A model generated the notes under the pieces. It did not search any database and had not been told where the DNA came from. It saw nothing but the letters and a program-made list of their open reading frames with translations. Of a stretch of DNA of 64,000 nt, positions 48,161-60,800 are shown piece by piece (position 1 is the first letter of the stretch; every line of letters starts with the position of its first letter). Source of the stretch: Chlorokybus atmophyticus (Eukaryota; Plantae; Mesostigma and Chlorokybus algae); NCBI GenBank assembly GCA_009103225.1, contig RHPI01001442.1:1-64000 (forward strand), written 5' to 3'. Position numbers and translations under genes: made by a program.

Positions 48161-51100
48161 ATGGCTTGGCGTGGAGCTCTGCGTCATGTAAGAGTCCTGA
48201 GTAGCCTGCAAGGGCTGCACGTGTCCAAGGCTTTTGGGGATGGTATTGAGTTTGCGGCGGCTGCCAAGGTGTTGAACAAGGGGCATCACAATGGAGAGTC
48301 AAGTCTCTCTCCATCGCGCATTCTGCCTGCATTCACCTCAATTGCTGCACCAGCGCTATCAACACCAGTGACCAACACCTCTGCATTCAATGCATCTTCA
48401 TTGTGGTTGCCCTTAGCGGCATTGGCAGCCATGGCTGGCGGCATACAAGTAAGCGCTCACGGCAAGCCTTGCTTAAGTACTATGAAGTCTTGTACTGCAA
48501 GACAACAACTTCTTACGCCATCTACCGTTGCAGGCCAACATGAGTAGCGATCATGAAGATGAAGAAGCAGAGGAGCACGGGATGCCCCCATCCCCCAGTT
48601 CTGCACCGGGCGTGCCAACAGTGGCGGACATATTGAACCGCAAACACAAAGAACGCCCGTCCAATACTCGTGTGAAATATCAGCGAGGACTACGGTTGTA
48701 TGAGGTATAGACTTGTAATGCTAGGCAACAGTACAAGTGTCAATAGCTATAGATTTGAATGTTTTGCAAGTGTAACTTCAATTGTAGGAGTGGTGCACTC
48801 GACATCGACTGTCCCTACGCATTGAAGCGAGCATTGTGGAACGCTTCATGACCGAGCATCATGAGTGGGCATGGAACAAGTTGGAAAACTGCATGAAGAG
48901 TTTGCAGGATGCCGCAAAAGATCAGGCAATGCGAGACGGCAATGGCACTATACCAATCAACTTGCGCAGCATTCCCATAATCCAACGAATCCTGCGAACT
49001 GCACGACAAAGCATATCAGAGACCGCCAAAATGTAAGCTAAGCTTCATGTTGATTGCACAACCATGATGCTGATCTAAAAAACAAGAGCATGACTTATTA
49101 TATCAACAGGGAGTTCAAGGACCGGTTAGCTGGGACGGCTGCAGAAAGTTACACACCTGCTCAGTATCAGAGCATGAATGAGTATTGGCTTCACAAAAGT
49201 GCAAACGCTACTAACATTGCGAAGCAAGCCGCTGCGTTGAGAGCTCGGTAACTGTCATGCTCGGTGCCATATTGCGGGGTTATGCACGTGTCGACATGAT
49301 TGTATTGGTCAGTAGGAGTGTCACCATCATTAACAGTTGCTAAATGCGTGAGCAGGCTGGATCTTGCAATGCGTCATACTTGTTTATCGCGCGGTGATGC
49401 CGTCAGGGCAGCAGAAGAATGCGATCTGTACAAGTATGATGTGGGGACTGGGTGCTTAGGACCGGATCAAGGCGTGATACTCTGTTTTGTGTCACGCAAC
49501 GGAAAGATGAATAAGGTGTGCATTTGCCTTTTGTTTCCAACCTTAAGCTTTCATCTCACACCACTTGTGCCACAACATGCTCAGTATAGTGTTGCGCAGA
49601 ATGGCAATGTGGAGTACTTCGGCGGGCTGCGACACTGGAATCCCATGTGTGACATGCACAATGCACTGGCATGCACTTTCTTCCACAAGTACCACATCGC
49701 GCAACGCCCATTCCCTTCCTTTGAATCGCGACAATCTTGGTACGCTATGCGCATAGCATTGTGCTTGCATACAATACTTAATTAATAATGCGTGCAGGTA
49801 TGGCGAGCCATTGTTCCCTGGTGAGAGGACCGGAAAGGCTATCAGTTACAGACAACAATACTTGAACTCCTGTGAAGCATTCAAAAATTGTGGCATCGTC
49901 ACCGGCCGCGCCAAAGTACACGCCCCGCGCAAAGAAGCGAGTCAGCAAGCCATGAATGCCGGGTGAGTTTGCACTACTTTGTGCCATTCCCTTGCTGTCC
50001 ACACCTCAGCACTGGGTTGATAGGGCAAGTGAGGAGGGCATCAAACAAAATGGGCGGTGGAACAACGAGCACTTCAACAAGTCCTATGTCACACAGCTCC
50101 ATGTGGGTACTTGTGCTGTAATAGCAGGTTATGGGCATCAGAGTCACGAGCATAAGCATGTGCTGGCCCGATCACGGTTTCCCTTACCCGACAACATTCG
50201 TAAGTGCATCTTCCCGCAGCTGGAGGAGCATCTTGCCTCTGTCATGCAGGTACCTTCTGTTGAATTCTTTTGCACATAACTTGCTCACTCTAAGATGTGA
50301 TGCAATGGCTTTGCCACATGCAGTCAAGTGTTGCACTGTATTGATGTCGGCACACGCTTTACACATGCATTCCTGCAGCGCTGCTTCGATGGTCCCGACG
50401 AGGTGCGAGACTATGCTGCATACAAGCATCTTCTCATGTTGGACTATCTGCGAGATGTTATCGGACAGGTAAGCATGTGTATATCCTTATCAACAAGTGC
50501 AGTCCGCGATCATGCGTCTTGTGTATTGCTTATTAGGATGTCGCCATCATGCGCAACGGTTGTGCAACTGCGCGGCGGTACCACATACGGCTGCACAGAC
50601 CTATCAGTTTGTGACCACCATCTGTTCAACACGCCACAGTTCAATGCGTGGGCCAACACCGTCGTCGCCGCTCACGACCAGTCCATGCAAGAAGCAAATC
50701 CGCAATATGAAGATTTGCCGGATCGGGTATGTATGACACACAACTGCTTGGTTGACTTGCTGTTGTACAATGTGTATCACGGTTTGTCCCCTTAAGGTCT
50801 ATATATGTTCTGGTCGCGCAGCTAGCGCACATCATGCGCGGCAACTATGCATTAATGACCGTGACCAAAGACCGCATTGTGGACGTCGCCTGCAAGCTTC
50901 ATCGTGTCATTACAGCTATCGACGCCGGCTTTGCAGCGACACAGGCAGAAGTGAAGGTTGTGGCTGACTTGGTGCGAAAGCTAGGTGCCGGTATGGGGGT
51001 GTCTTTGCCTGCAGATGTGGCATCAACAGCTGCTCGTGAAGAGGCACCGTCCGCACCATCACCGTCACGCAAACGCGCACGTGCCAATGATCCCCGTCGT

Positions 51101-51535
51101 GCTTCTGATCCATCATCAGCGGCAGGCGATAATGTCACTCGGCAATCAGCACCTTCTGTCGCCGCTACCTCTGTACCCACCAAGTATAGAATGAAGATTG
51201 ACTTACCAACCGTGGTAGCGGTGTGGCAAGAATACACGACGGGCATAGATGGTGGGCCGGCAATCCGCGACTTGGATGACAAGTTCAAGTCCACTTGGCG
51301 TTGCGGCGATGAGCGCATGCGCAAGCAATACGGCAAGCGCAATGTTCTGTATAAAGCTATCAAGGAGTTGGCGGCATTGCGGGACATCAGTGAAGACATG
51401 GCAGCACAACAGTTGGATCAGCAGCGGCAAGAGCAGCAAAAGCCAACTACAAACGGCAAAGGCACCAGACCATTGACTGTAGCGGAGCTGACTGAAGTGC
51501 TGCGCCCCAAGAACAGGAAAGAAGTTGGTGAATAG
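48161..51535 (+). CDS. Crypton tyrosine recombinase (YR + GCR1_C), ~11 exons, no disabling lesion seen; alternative start at 48540
   Basis: DRLAGTAAESYT, LRAR|LDLAMRHTCLSRGDAVR (Arg I), RNGKMNK, GLRHWNP, KVHAPRK (HxxR, 49919), GRW, FNKSY (Tyr 50085-50087), IFPQLE, and YRMKIDLPTVVAVWQEYTTGIDGGPAIRDLDDKFKSTWR (GCR1_C-like). The exon junctions checked are GT-AG and in phase; one small middle exon near 50536-50562 is tentative. Confidence 0.85.
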
Positions 51536-51649
51536 CTTAGCTGATCTGGTGCAATAAGTTGATCATTTGTGCAGTCACTCATTCAAGTAGCTTGCACATG
51601 CGTATGCGCACCCCCCCCCGCCCCCCCCTCTTACACACACACACACACA

Positions 51650-52172
<523 letters not shown>

Positions 52173-52744
52173 NNNNNNNNNNNNNNNNNNNNNNNNNNNN
52201 NNNNNNNNNNNNNNNNNNNNNNNNNNNNNNNNNNNNNNNNNNNNNNNNNNNNNNNNNNNNNNNNNNNNNNNNNNNNNNNNNNNNNNNNNNNNNNNNNNNN
52301 NNNNNNNNNNNNNNNNNNNNNNNNNNNNNNNNNNNNNNNNNNNNNNNNNNNNNNNNNNNNNNNNNNNNNNNNNNNNNNNNNNNNNNNNNNNNNNNNNNNN
52401 NNNNNNNNNNNNNNNNNNNNNNNNNNNNNNNNNNNNNNNNNNNNNNNNNNNNNNNNNNNNNNNNNNNNNNNNNNNNNNNNNNNNNNNNNNNNNNNNNNNN
52501 NNNNNNNNNNNNNNNNNNNNNNNNNNNNNNNNNNNNNNNNNNNNNNNNNNNNNNNNNNNNNNNNNNNNNNNNNNNNNNNNNNNNNNNNNNNNNNNNNNNN
52601 NNNNNNNNNNNNNNNNNNNNNNNNNNNNNNNNNNNNNNNNNNNNNNNNNNNNNNNNNNNNNNNNNNNNNNNNNNNNNNNNNNNNNNNNNNNNNNNNNNNN
52701 NNNNNNNNNNNNNNNNNNNNNNNNNNNNNNNNNNNNNNNNNNNN
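52173..52744. other. Assembly gap (N run)
   Basis: N bases. Confidence 1.
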
Positions 52745-53190
52745 TATATATGTGTCTAGGTGTATTTGCCACCCAGCAGCGCTCAGCAAATGACGACGCT
52801 GGCGCGGACGGGCGTCGACCGTCGGCCCGGGGTGAGCGCCGACGGCGCGGCGCTCGGTTAACCGAGGGCGGCCGCTCGGCCGTTGGGGCGCCGGCCTCGC
52901 GCGCGGCTGCCGGCCTTTCCCGCCGGTCGGGCCCGCGGGGGCCACGCGGGCCGTCTCTGCGGCCTCCTGGCGACGGTGCGGGCTTCCGACTCCGTTTTGG
53001 CTTGGCCAGCGCTCGGGTGAAATTACGCTTTTGTGAGTTACGCCCTGTGTGGGTTACGTCACTTACGCCCCGCTGGATTTTTGGTGTGTCAGTAAGGTCA
53101 CTGGGCCAGCAAGCAAAGCCGCCACGACTCCATGCATCATGCATGAATCATGCAGCATGATGCATGGTGTTCAACACTGTTGAATCAACA
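52745..53190. other. Very GC-rich, palindrome-dense non-coding block, possibly a transposon terminus
   Basis: ctcggttaaccgag, repeated TTACG(C/T) motifs at ~53024-53070, ccatgcatcatgc/gcatgatgcatgg and ttcaacactgttgaa. No credible ORF. Confidence 0.45.
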
Positions 53191-54419
53191 GCGAAATCCG
53201 CTTTAACTCCCCTTCATTATGGTTGCCTCATGCATTACTGATGTACAGATATAAATTGTGATTAAAGTTTGATGCATGCAATAGTAATACACGTACGTAT
53301 GATCATGCAATATGCAGCTTGTTTAGGTATTTGATATTTTTCTTTTGTCTGTTGTTTAATATATAAAAAGAATTACGACTTGTATTGGATGCGCATTTAC
53401 ACACATATGCATTTCAATTTTGTTTATTACAAAACGTCAATTGTTGTGAATAAATCGCATGTTGTTTTTCAACAAAATGTGCAATTTACCACTCAAGTTA
53501 TGTGTTGAAACATTACAGTCAACAATAGCATAGCATTCTTATACATTTTTATACACCTGAAAAAGTTAAATTGGATTACATGACCATGTAGTACACGTGA
53601 CACCTTAAGATAACACTCAAAGATCTGATTGTGTATAGTGTAGCTATTTTACGATTGTACCATCAGTTTGTTATTATAATACAAGCAGCAAAGTCAACAT
53701 AGTTCTTATTATTAGCAATTGCATATGCGATTGCATCGGCGTATACAAATGCAAAATGTGCAACATAATTATGTTTTTGCACTATCACAAGTATTGATGA
53801 CTATTATCATTTCAAGTTGATACTTTCAACTTAATCATGATTTTGCATGGATATTTAAAGAGAAAACACATGACGTTATATGATATAACTCACAAAAAGG
53901 AAAGGCTAGCACTGATGGCAACGCATGGCGTGTGTGCGAAACCACACGTGTAGCCTAGGAGTTTTGTATGTGAGAGCATGATAACAATGGTGTGCTGAGT
54001 TCATGTATACCGGATATGCTGCCAGCAGTTGTAGACATGCATAACATCACTCACAGCACGTCAAACATCATGCAAGCAAGTATGTCGCGAGTGCGGTGTG
54101 ACTGGCATGCGCTTGGCTCGCCTTGCAGCTGTACACTACAGTTTTTGCATATACAGTTAAACCGCAAAGAGTGCATGACGTTGGTGCCCCTAGTAAAACC
54201 CCATTGAGAATATGCACTTAACGTGGATATGTACGTCTAACGAGTGGCTGTTGCCCGTGGTTTGGCCTTCGGTGTTAGTGAATTTTACGCACTAATTGCA
54301 TTTCAACGGTAATATTTGCTGCTGTATGCGCTTAGCGAATGTGCACTTACAGCGGCTAGACTGTATGTCATTACGTATCTACTCTTATATTGTGCAAACA
54401 ACCACTAACTTGCACATCC

Positions 54420-54780
54420 TTGCATAATGCGCCTGCACAGGGCCTACCAGGTCCTCATGCAACGCAAATCAGGCAAGCTAGGAGGAATTTGCTTGAGTTG
54501 CCCAAGTTGCCTGCTTAGTTCAACCAGACCAAATCGACACTTGTCATCTATGCAGAACTCAGTGTTACCAACAACAGTCCACGGTGGTCTGTTGCTGTGG
54601 AACCCACAGCGCTGTTGCGCCACCGCGACAAGCACGACAGCTGCAAAAGCAGGCTCAATGCACCACTGAACAGTGCACTTCAGCATACCGCCGATATGCG
54701 CATTGCACTGTTCCATGACAACTACCGGCGGTATGCGCAGTTGCTACTGAAATCAGTGCATGTGTGTAATACCGCCCTAA
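54420..54780 (+). pseudogene. Possible non-LTR retrotransposon relic (post-RT region)
   Basis: KSTLVIYAELSVT...ALQHTADMRIAL weakly resembles the post-RT segment of RTE/RTEX/L2-type ORFs as recalled. Interrupted by stops. Confidence 0.25.
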
Positions 54781-54874
54781 GTCACCACTTACACAACAAG
54801 ACAGTCAGCACCCGATGCACAACATCATGAATGTAATCTACAAATATCTAGGACCTAACCAATCTGATCACCTA

Positions 54875-55687
54875 TCACTCAACATTGTAGCCAGTCAGAC
54901 TACCCCTGCGTCCAACAATCTCGCCAACAACGAATAGAGCATAACACTCCGCAGCAAACAGCAGGCCCGTGCCAACCGTCCTCGTGCTAACGTTATCCAA
55001 GTCATCCCAGATCTTTTTCACTTGTTTCACCTCTTTCCGCATGGTCTGATATCGTCCTGGGATGCTGCCCATACCAGAGAACACAAGGTTTACATTTGTA
55101 TTAAGATGATGAACATCACATGCAAATGTCAAGTGCTCACACTGGAAGATGACTTGTGTATTTGAATAGGAACTATGGCACTATCACAAGCTCACCAATG
55201 TGTTACTTCGTGCTACCCTAATCGTCGCACTATACGTTATGGTGATTTAACGTCAACCTTCAATGACCTGGTAAACGCTTATTACAACAGCTAACGCCGT
55301 GTTGCTGAAATCAAACTGACCGCCGAACAACAACACATTGCTCAAGTGCGCACAATAGGTACAGCCAATAATCACGAGAATATTGCGTACAAGCTGAGGG
55401 AGAGATGGTGTAACTTCGTTTGAGTAGCCAGCGTATACAAGGCGTGATAGCAAAACATCAGCAAAGACATACCTTGCAAGTCGAGTGTACAGTAATTGCT
55501 TAGACAGCTCGGCGCATTTTTCTGGGCTGGGGTCCTTGACAATGTACTGCTTGTTGTTCTCAAGTAGACTTTTGTAGGCGGCCTCCACGTGCGTGCCAGC
55601 AAACCCGCCTGCCTTGCGCAGCGGTGCCGTTGCGCTCGACAACAACTTCTGCGCAGAAGTAGCAACAGCCTTCGCAGCCCCTGCCAT
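54875..55687 (-). CDS. ATP20: Mitochondrial ATP synthase subunit g, 2 exons
   Basis: YKSLLENNKQYIVKDPSPEKCAELSKQLLYTRLA|SIPGRY...LFAAECYALFVVGEIVGRRGSLTGYNV, matching plant-type subunit g with the GEIVGR motif. Confidence 0.9.
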
Positions 55688-55761
55688 GCCGCCCTCCTAC
55701 TGATCCCAGGCCGCCGCCGTTGCCACCGCTGTCACCGCGCCCAGCACATTGGGGCTTTACT

Positions 55762-55976
55762 TTTAGGGTTACCGATGCCAGCTTTGTTCAGCGGATATCA
55801 TGCTCCTTATTGATAGACGCACCTGTCGAAGCGATATCTGCATTCTGATCGGACGGGTACGATTGCGTTTGGCTTCGCCGCCATTAGGGTTGGTGCCGAT
55901 GCACACTGCGGCTGCAACGAAAAACCAGCAGCAGGGCATATCTTAAGCGGAGGCCAAGGCGGCGGAGTAAACCCTA
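55762..55976. promoter_or_regulatory. Bidirectional promoter of ATP synthase g and RPS19 with telo-box motifs
   Basis: TTTAGGGTT 55762-55770, TTAGGGTT 55884-55891 and AAACCCTA 55969-55976 lie between divergent ATGs about 400 bp apart. Confidence 0.55.
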
Positions 55977-56084
55977 CACGAGCCCTCTTTGAAGCCGGAG
56001 GACGCCGCCGCCGCCGCTGCCGGCGCCGCGGAGGGCGAGGAGGAGGAGGGTGTTTGAGGACCTTTGGCTCATATCTTGCCCAGT

Positions 56085-57268
56085 ATGGCGGCGAGGACTG
56101 TTAAGGATGTACAGTCGCACGACTTCGTGACGGCGTACGCGGCCCACCTCAAGCGCACCGGCAAGCTTGAGGTGCCTGCCTGGGTCGACATTGTTAAGAC
56201 TGGGTCATTCAAGGAGCTGGCGCCCTATGATCCCGATTGGTACTACATTCGTGCTGGTAAGTGCAGCACGCCGTGTGCAAGTTAAGCGTTCTCGCATTGC
56301 TCTACATAAGTTCCACGATGGCGCTCGTAACATGCTACGTAGTTGGGAGGCCTTGGTATCGTGTTCTGACTGTCAAGCAGATTATAAAATGTTAACATGG
56401 GCTGAGTTTAATCCCGCTGTGCATTTGGCACAGCGCTTTTCCAGCAGTTAGCCAATTTTGGAGTGACTACGTTACATGACGGCGTTAGGTGCACATCTTT
56501 TACTCTCGTGGTGCTAGTGCGCCGTAGGTACGTTTTCTGCCTCCTATCAGCTAGCGCTGGAACCGTTTCGTGTAGCCTTGGGTGACCGAGAGCTTGCAAA
56601 TTGTCCACTAAGGCTGTGCATTAGGGCTATGCCTCCAAGGCTTGCTTCGTTATGCACATTGGTCAGCTCCGCATAACTTGGTTGACAGCTTGTAGCTGCT
56701 GGCCATAGCTCATGTTACCTTTATTGTTGGTCTGCGCTCAGTACGCATCACATTGCGCATCCTTGCTGCATTGGGGCAGTTGGCAATCATGCCACCCTCT
56801 TAGACGTTGATTAACATTGTGTTTCCTACGTCTATCAGCTTCCATGGCGCGCCGCATCTACCTCAGGGGCGGCATTGGGGTTGGTGCCTTCAGGAAGATT
56901 TACGGTGGCCGTAAGAACAATGGAGTGATGCCACATCACTTTGCTAAGAGCAGTGGCTCTATTGCGCGGCAGTAAGTGTTCATGCTGCAACGGGGTAGCC
57001 TCTTGCACAGTTGGCGTCTGGCGAGCGTTTCATGCTAGTGTTGTGACATCATCTGTGCCTTTGCCAGTATACTCAAGCAGCTGGAGACGCTGAAGATCGT
57101 GGAGAAGGAACCCAAGGGGTAGGAAAATATGTCCATTTATCTTGTTACCAGTATGGTATTGCAGTGCTGACAAGCATGTTCTGTGGCAGTGGGCGCCGCA
57201 TCACCGCGGATGGCCAGCGAGATCTTGACCGCATTGCTGGACGTGTTGGAGAGCCTGCATCTGCTTGA
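56085..57268 (+). CDS. RPS19: 40S ribosomal protein S19 (eS19), 4 exons
   Basis: [45 protein letters not shown]|[47 protein letters not shown]. Confidence 0.97.
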
Positions 57269-57853
57269 TTGTGTATTTGCTTACCTGCTGGAATTAAGTG
57301 GTTATGCGCAACTTTTGTGGTCACTGCCTGGTGCGATGGGTGAATGTCGCCTTGCCAGTAGCGCGTCAAGGCATGTATGCAGTATGTTTGTCACAGAGCA
57401 TCTGCACTGGCTGGGTTGCATTTGTAATTTGGCGGCAAGGCTCTTATATATAGCCCATCAAACTGTGTGAGGTCAATGTTGATATTCTGAAAGTGTGCCT
57501 GCAGTCAATTGGAGGATGTACGTTAGGATTGCGCACTGACTTAAGCTTTCCAGAATGTGTCTTAATGCCGATGGAACAGTGTCAGTGCCTGTGCTACCCA
57601 TATGCTGCGAAACTTGTATATATTGCTAGGGTCGGGTGCCCTAAAAGTCAGCTATTTTTAGCATGTGCATGGCTGGTGTCAATGGCATTCAACGCAGCTC
57701 CTATTTCATTATATAATGGATCTCATTAACGTTTTCAACATGCGAACACAGCAAACCACTGCGTGTACATCAGCATATACGTGGTTTGCAGCTTCCATCT
57801 TTCACGACTCGTACACACACGCACGCAGGCATGAACACATAGCCGCGGCGCAG

Positions 57854-60800
57854 GTGATCGCTGGACACCATGCATGCTGGTCGGACTAATGGGGTAAGGG
57901 CTTAGCGTGTTACGTAGAGTAGGCAGACCAGTGGTGAACTGCTAGTGTAGGGTGTAAGCGTGGTATGCCCATTCCTGCATGTTGTGTTGATGTGCTGTTG
58001 CTTTTTCACACTTTGCATGTGACTAATCCAGCATACAATCTTTTGTACTCTGCACGTTTGTGCTGTGTTGCTGCTGTGCAACCTGACTACGTGAGCCTGA
58101 CGCTGCTCCTGCCTACCGCAGGTGATATTTGTATATATTGAGGGTGACAACATGGGCAGCCCAGCAACGGCAAATGTGGAACGAGACAGGAGAAATGGGC
58201 GCAGACATAAAGGAGTGGTGGGGGAAGAGAGGAGGTGTGGGGGGAGAAAGGAGAGTGGGAGGGAGAGAGTGGGTTGCGCTGCACTACACTGCATGTCACC
58301 GCTGCCTGCACATTAACGTCCCACTGACTGCAACAAGTGTTGCACAGGTAATTACTTGACTAAACAGCATGCATGCATGACTGACGGGGGTGGTGAGTAG
58401 GTAGATAAGCGCTAGGCGTAGGAATGAGGCAGTGACTGCAGTGTATATAGCCCAGTAGTTGTGTATGTATGATTGCATGTGTGGTTTGAGTGCAATGTCA
58501 CATGATATGTGCATGCCATGTGTATGGTTGCCTTGCATGCATGACATCCCCGTTGCATCTTGTGAATACATACATACATACATACATAGGGGATGAATCA
58601 TATTGCACACATGCAGTCCGTGCACACTCATGTCATGCAAGAAGCAAGCACAGTTGTATTTACATTACACACGAGGCCATCACACTATGCTATGCTAAGA
58701 CCCTATGTGCCATGCAGTGCCGAGGGTGTATGATCGAAGCAGGCAGCAGCAAGCAATCACCTGTTGCGCAGTTGCGCAGTGCATGCATGACTAACGGGGT
58801 AGCCAAGTAGTAGTAGCTTAATGTGTTAGAAGTACTTAGCCCGGTGGTGAAATAGCACTGCAACTGCTGCTGCTGACTGTTGGCATGCGGTGTGTGCATG
58901 ACAATGTGCATGTCGGATGCTTATCACCCCATGCATACGGTCTTATCAGCATTCCATCTTTTGTACACACGAGCGCCAGGTCCACGCGCACTGTCGCTAG
59001 TGCAATTGTGGGGGATGTCGGTGGTGATTAGTACCCAGCCTGGCACGAGCGCCGCAGCCGCAATACATACATCGCTTCATTACCACCGACGACTGCCAAC
59101 CGGCTACATGCCGCTGGCAGACTCGCAAGCAACTGTTCAAACGTCTCTTCTCAACCCCGCGCGCCCGTCACAATGTGTTTCGCATTTGTCTGATAAGCTG
59201 TGCCACATAGTATGGTACTGCATGTGTCATGCATGGCAAAGTACTGCATTGTTCTTTGCCAGTCATGCACTTTCACATCATACTAGCACATTCCACCTAT
59301 CGCCATGCAAGTGATTGCCGTACTCGGTGTCTTGCCAACTTCATTGGCCACGCTGTCGCGCACATGGATTAGCACTTGTAAGGTTTGCATGATGTTGAGG
59401 CAATAACAGTGCAGTGACTGCACGAAAGCAACATTACAACTCACAGACCGACCAAACCCACGAGTCCGTTGCAACACAGTGCAAGGTAGCGTTAGCAGCA
59501 AGGAGCAGCAGGCAACGCAATACCAGACAATAGCAACATCGGCAAAGAGAGTACAGCGGATGTGCTGGGCCTCCTCAATCCAATGGCAGCAACAGCAGCA
59601 TCACGGAAGGAACAGGGGCTTACCTACACACAAGAAAAACGCCGCAGTGAGCAGGTTGCCAACGGGGGCAAGTTCACACTGCGGCCATTTTCGTGCTTGT
59701 ACTGCATGCATGTAGCGCGCAAGACCACTACAGCAGCGGCAGCGGCCGCCATAGCCGCTTCACTCGCACTGCACAACACAGCACTCCCCTCCGCCTCATC
59801 TCCAAACCCCTGCTTGCTGTTGCTGTTGCTGCCGACTTCAAGAAGCCTACGGCCTGACCCGACGCATGTGCACACATGTCTGTTCCACACCCTTCTGCCC
59901 TTGTTCAACAACAACCCACCCGCCGGTGTACCACATGATCACTTGCATTTTCTGTACACACTGCACACACTAAGCTATGGCACATAGGCTTGCATCGCCC
60001 TGTTGTAGTAGAGTTGCCGCTCCCCTGCCTGGCTGTGTTAACTGTGGATTGTTGCTGTGTGATGTGTGTGTAATCTTGTGCACCTTGCTTGTGATTGGGA
60101 AGCCTATGCATGTGAACATTATGCACACTCGGTCGCAGGCGGTCTCAAAGTTGTGTCTTGTGGTTTGGTGCGTGGTCACTAGATCCGGTCATCAACCACG
60201 CATATCCCCCATGCGCAACGATAGCAACGTCAGTTCTCTCTCTATATTTCTAAACGCAATGCCATGCCCTAGCGGCGTATGTCCATTCCTAGCAGTACAA
60301 TGATAGCATATACCTTTTATACACCCTTATCTGCACATGCATGTGTCGTGCTTGTTGCACACAGCATTTGCATCTTCTGTACACACAAAAAATGCAAATG
60401 ATGGTGGAGTGCACCACCACACCCGATGCACGGGGAGCAAGCTGCCTGAAAAACCAAGCTTGCCCATGCCAGATGCATCAACACCCAACCCCACCACCCA
60501 ACCCCACTACTTATACCTAACCGGCAGCAACGATACAACGCTGCAACACCACTATGCAGTGCAGTCTTGCACTGCGCACCGGCTGTGACGTGACACAGAG
60601 GGAGCCAGAGCAGGAGGGACCCTGCCTCACACAGAGCGGCAAGGGTTACAACACAAGCATGTGAAGGCGAAGGCAGACGTGGGATGACTGAGTGGGCGTG
60701 GGAGGAGGGAGAGGGGGCGTGACAGGAGAGGAGAGAGACAGGGGAGGAGGAGGGAAGAGAGAAAGAGAGGGGAGAAGGGGAGCGCATTTGCACGCTGCAT

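Noticed and set aside
47424-51607. 11-bp inverted repeat gcatacgcatg/catgcgtatgc as Crypton termini
   Set aside because: GCAT-rich words are abundant here so a chance match is likely, and Cryptons are not defined by TIRs.
52745-53050. rDNA or ITS fragment
   Set aside because: GC-rich, but no conserved 18S, 5.8S or 28S motif was recognised.
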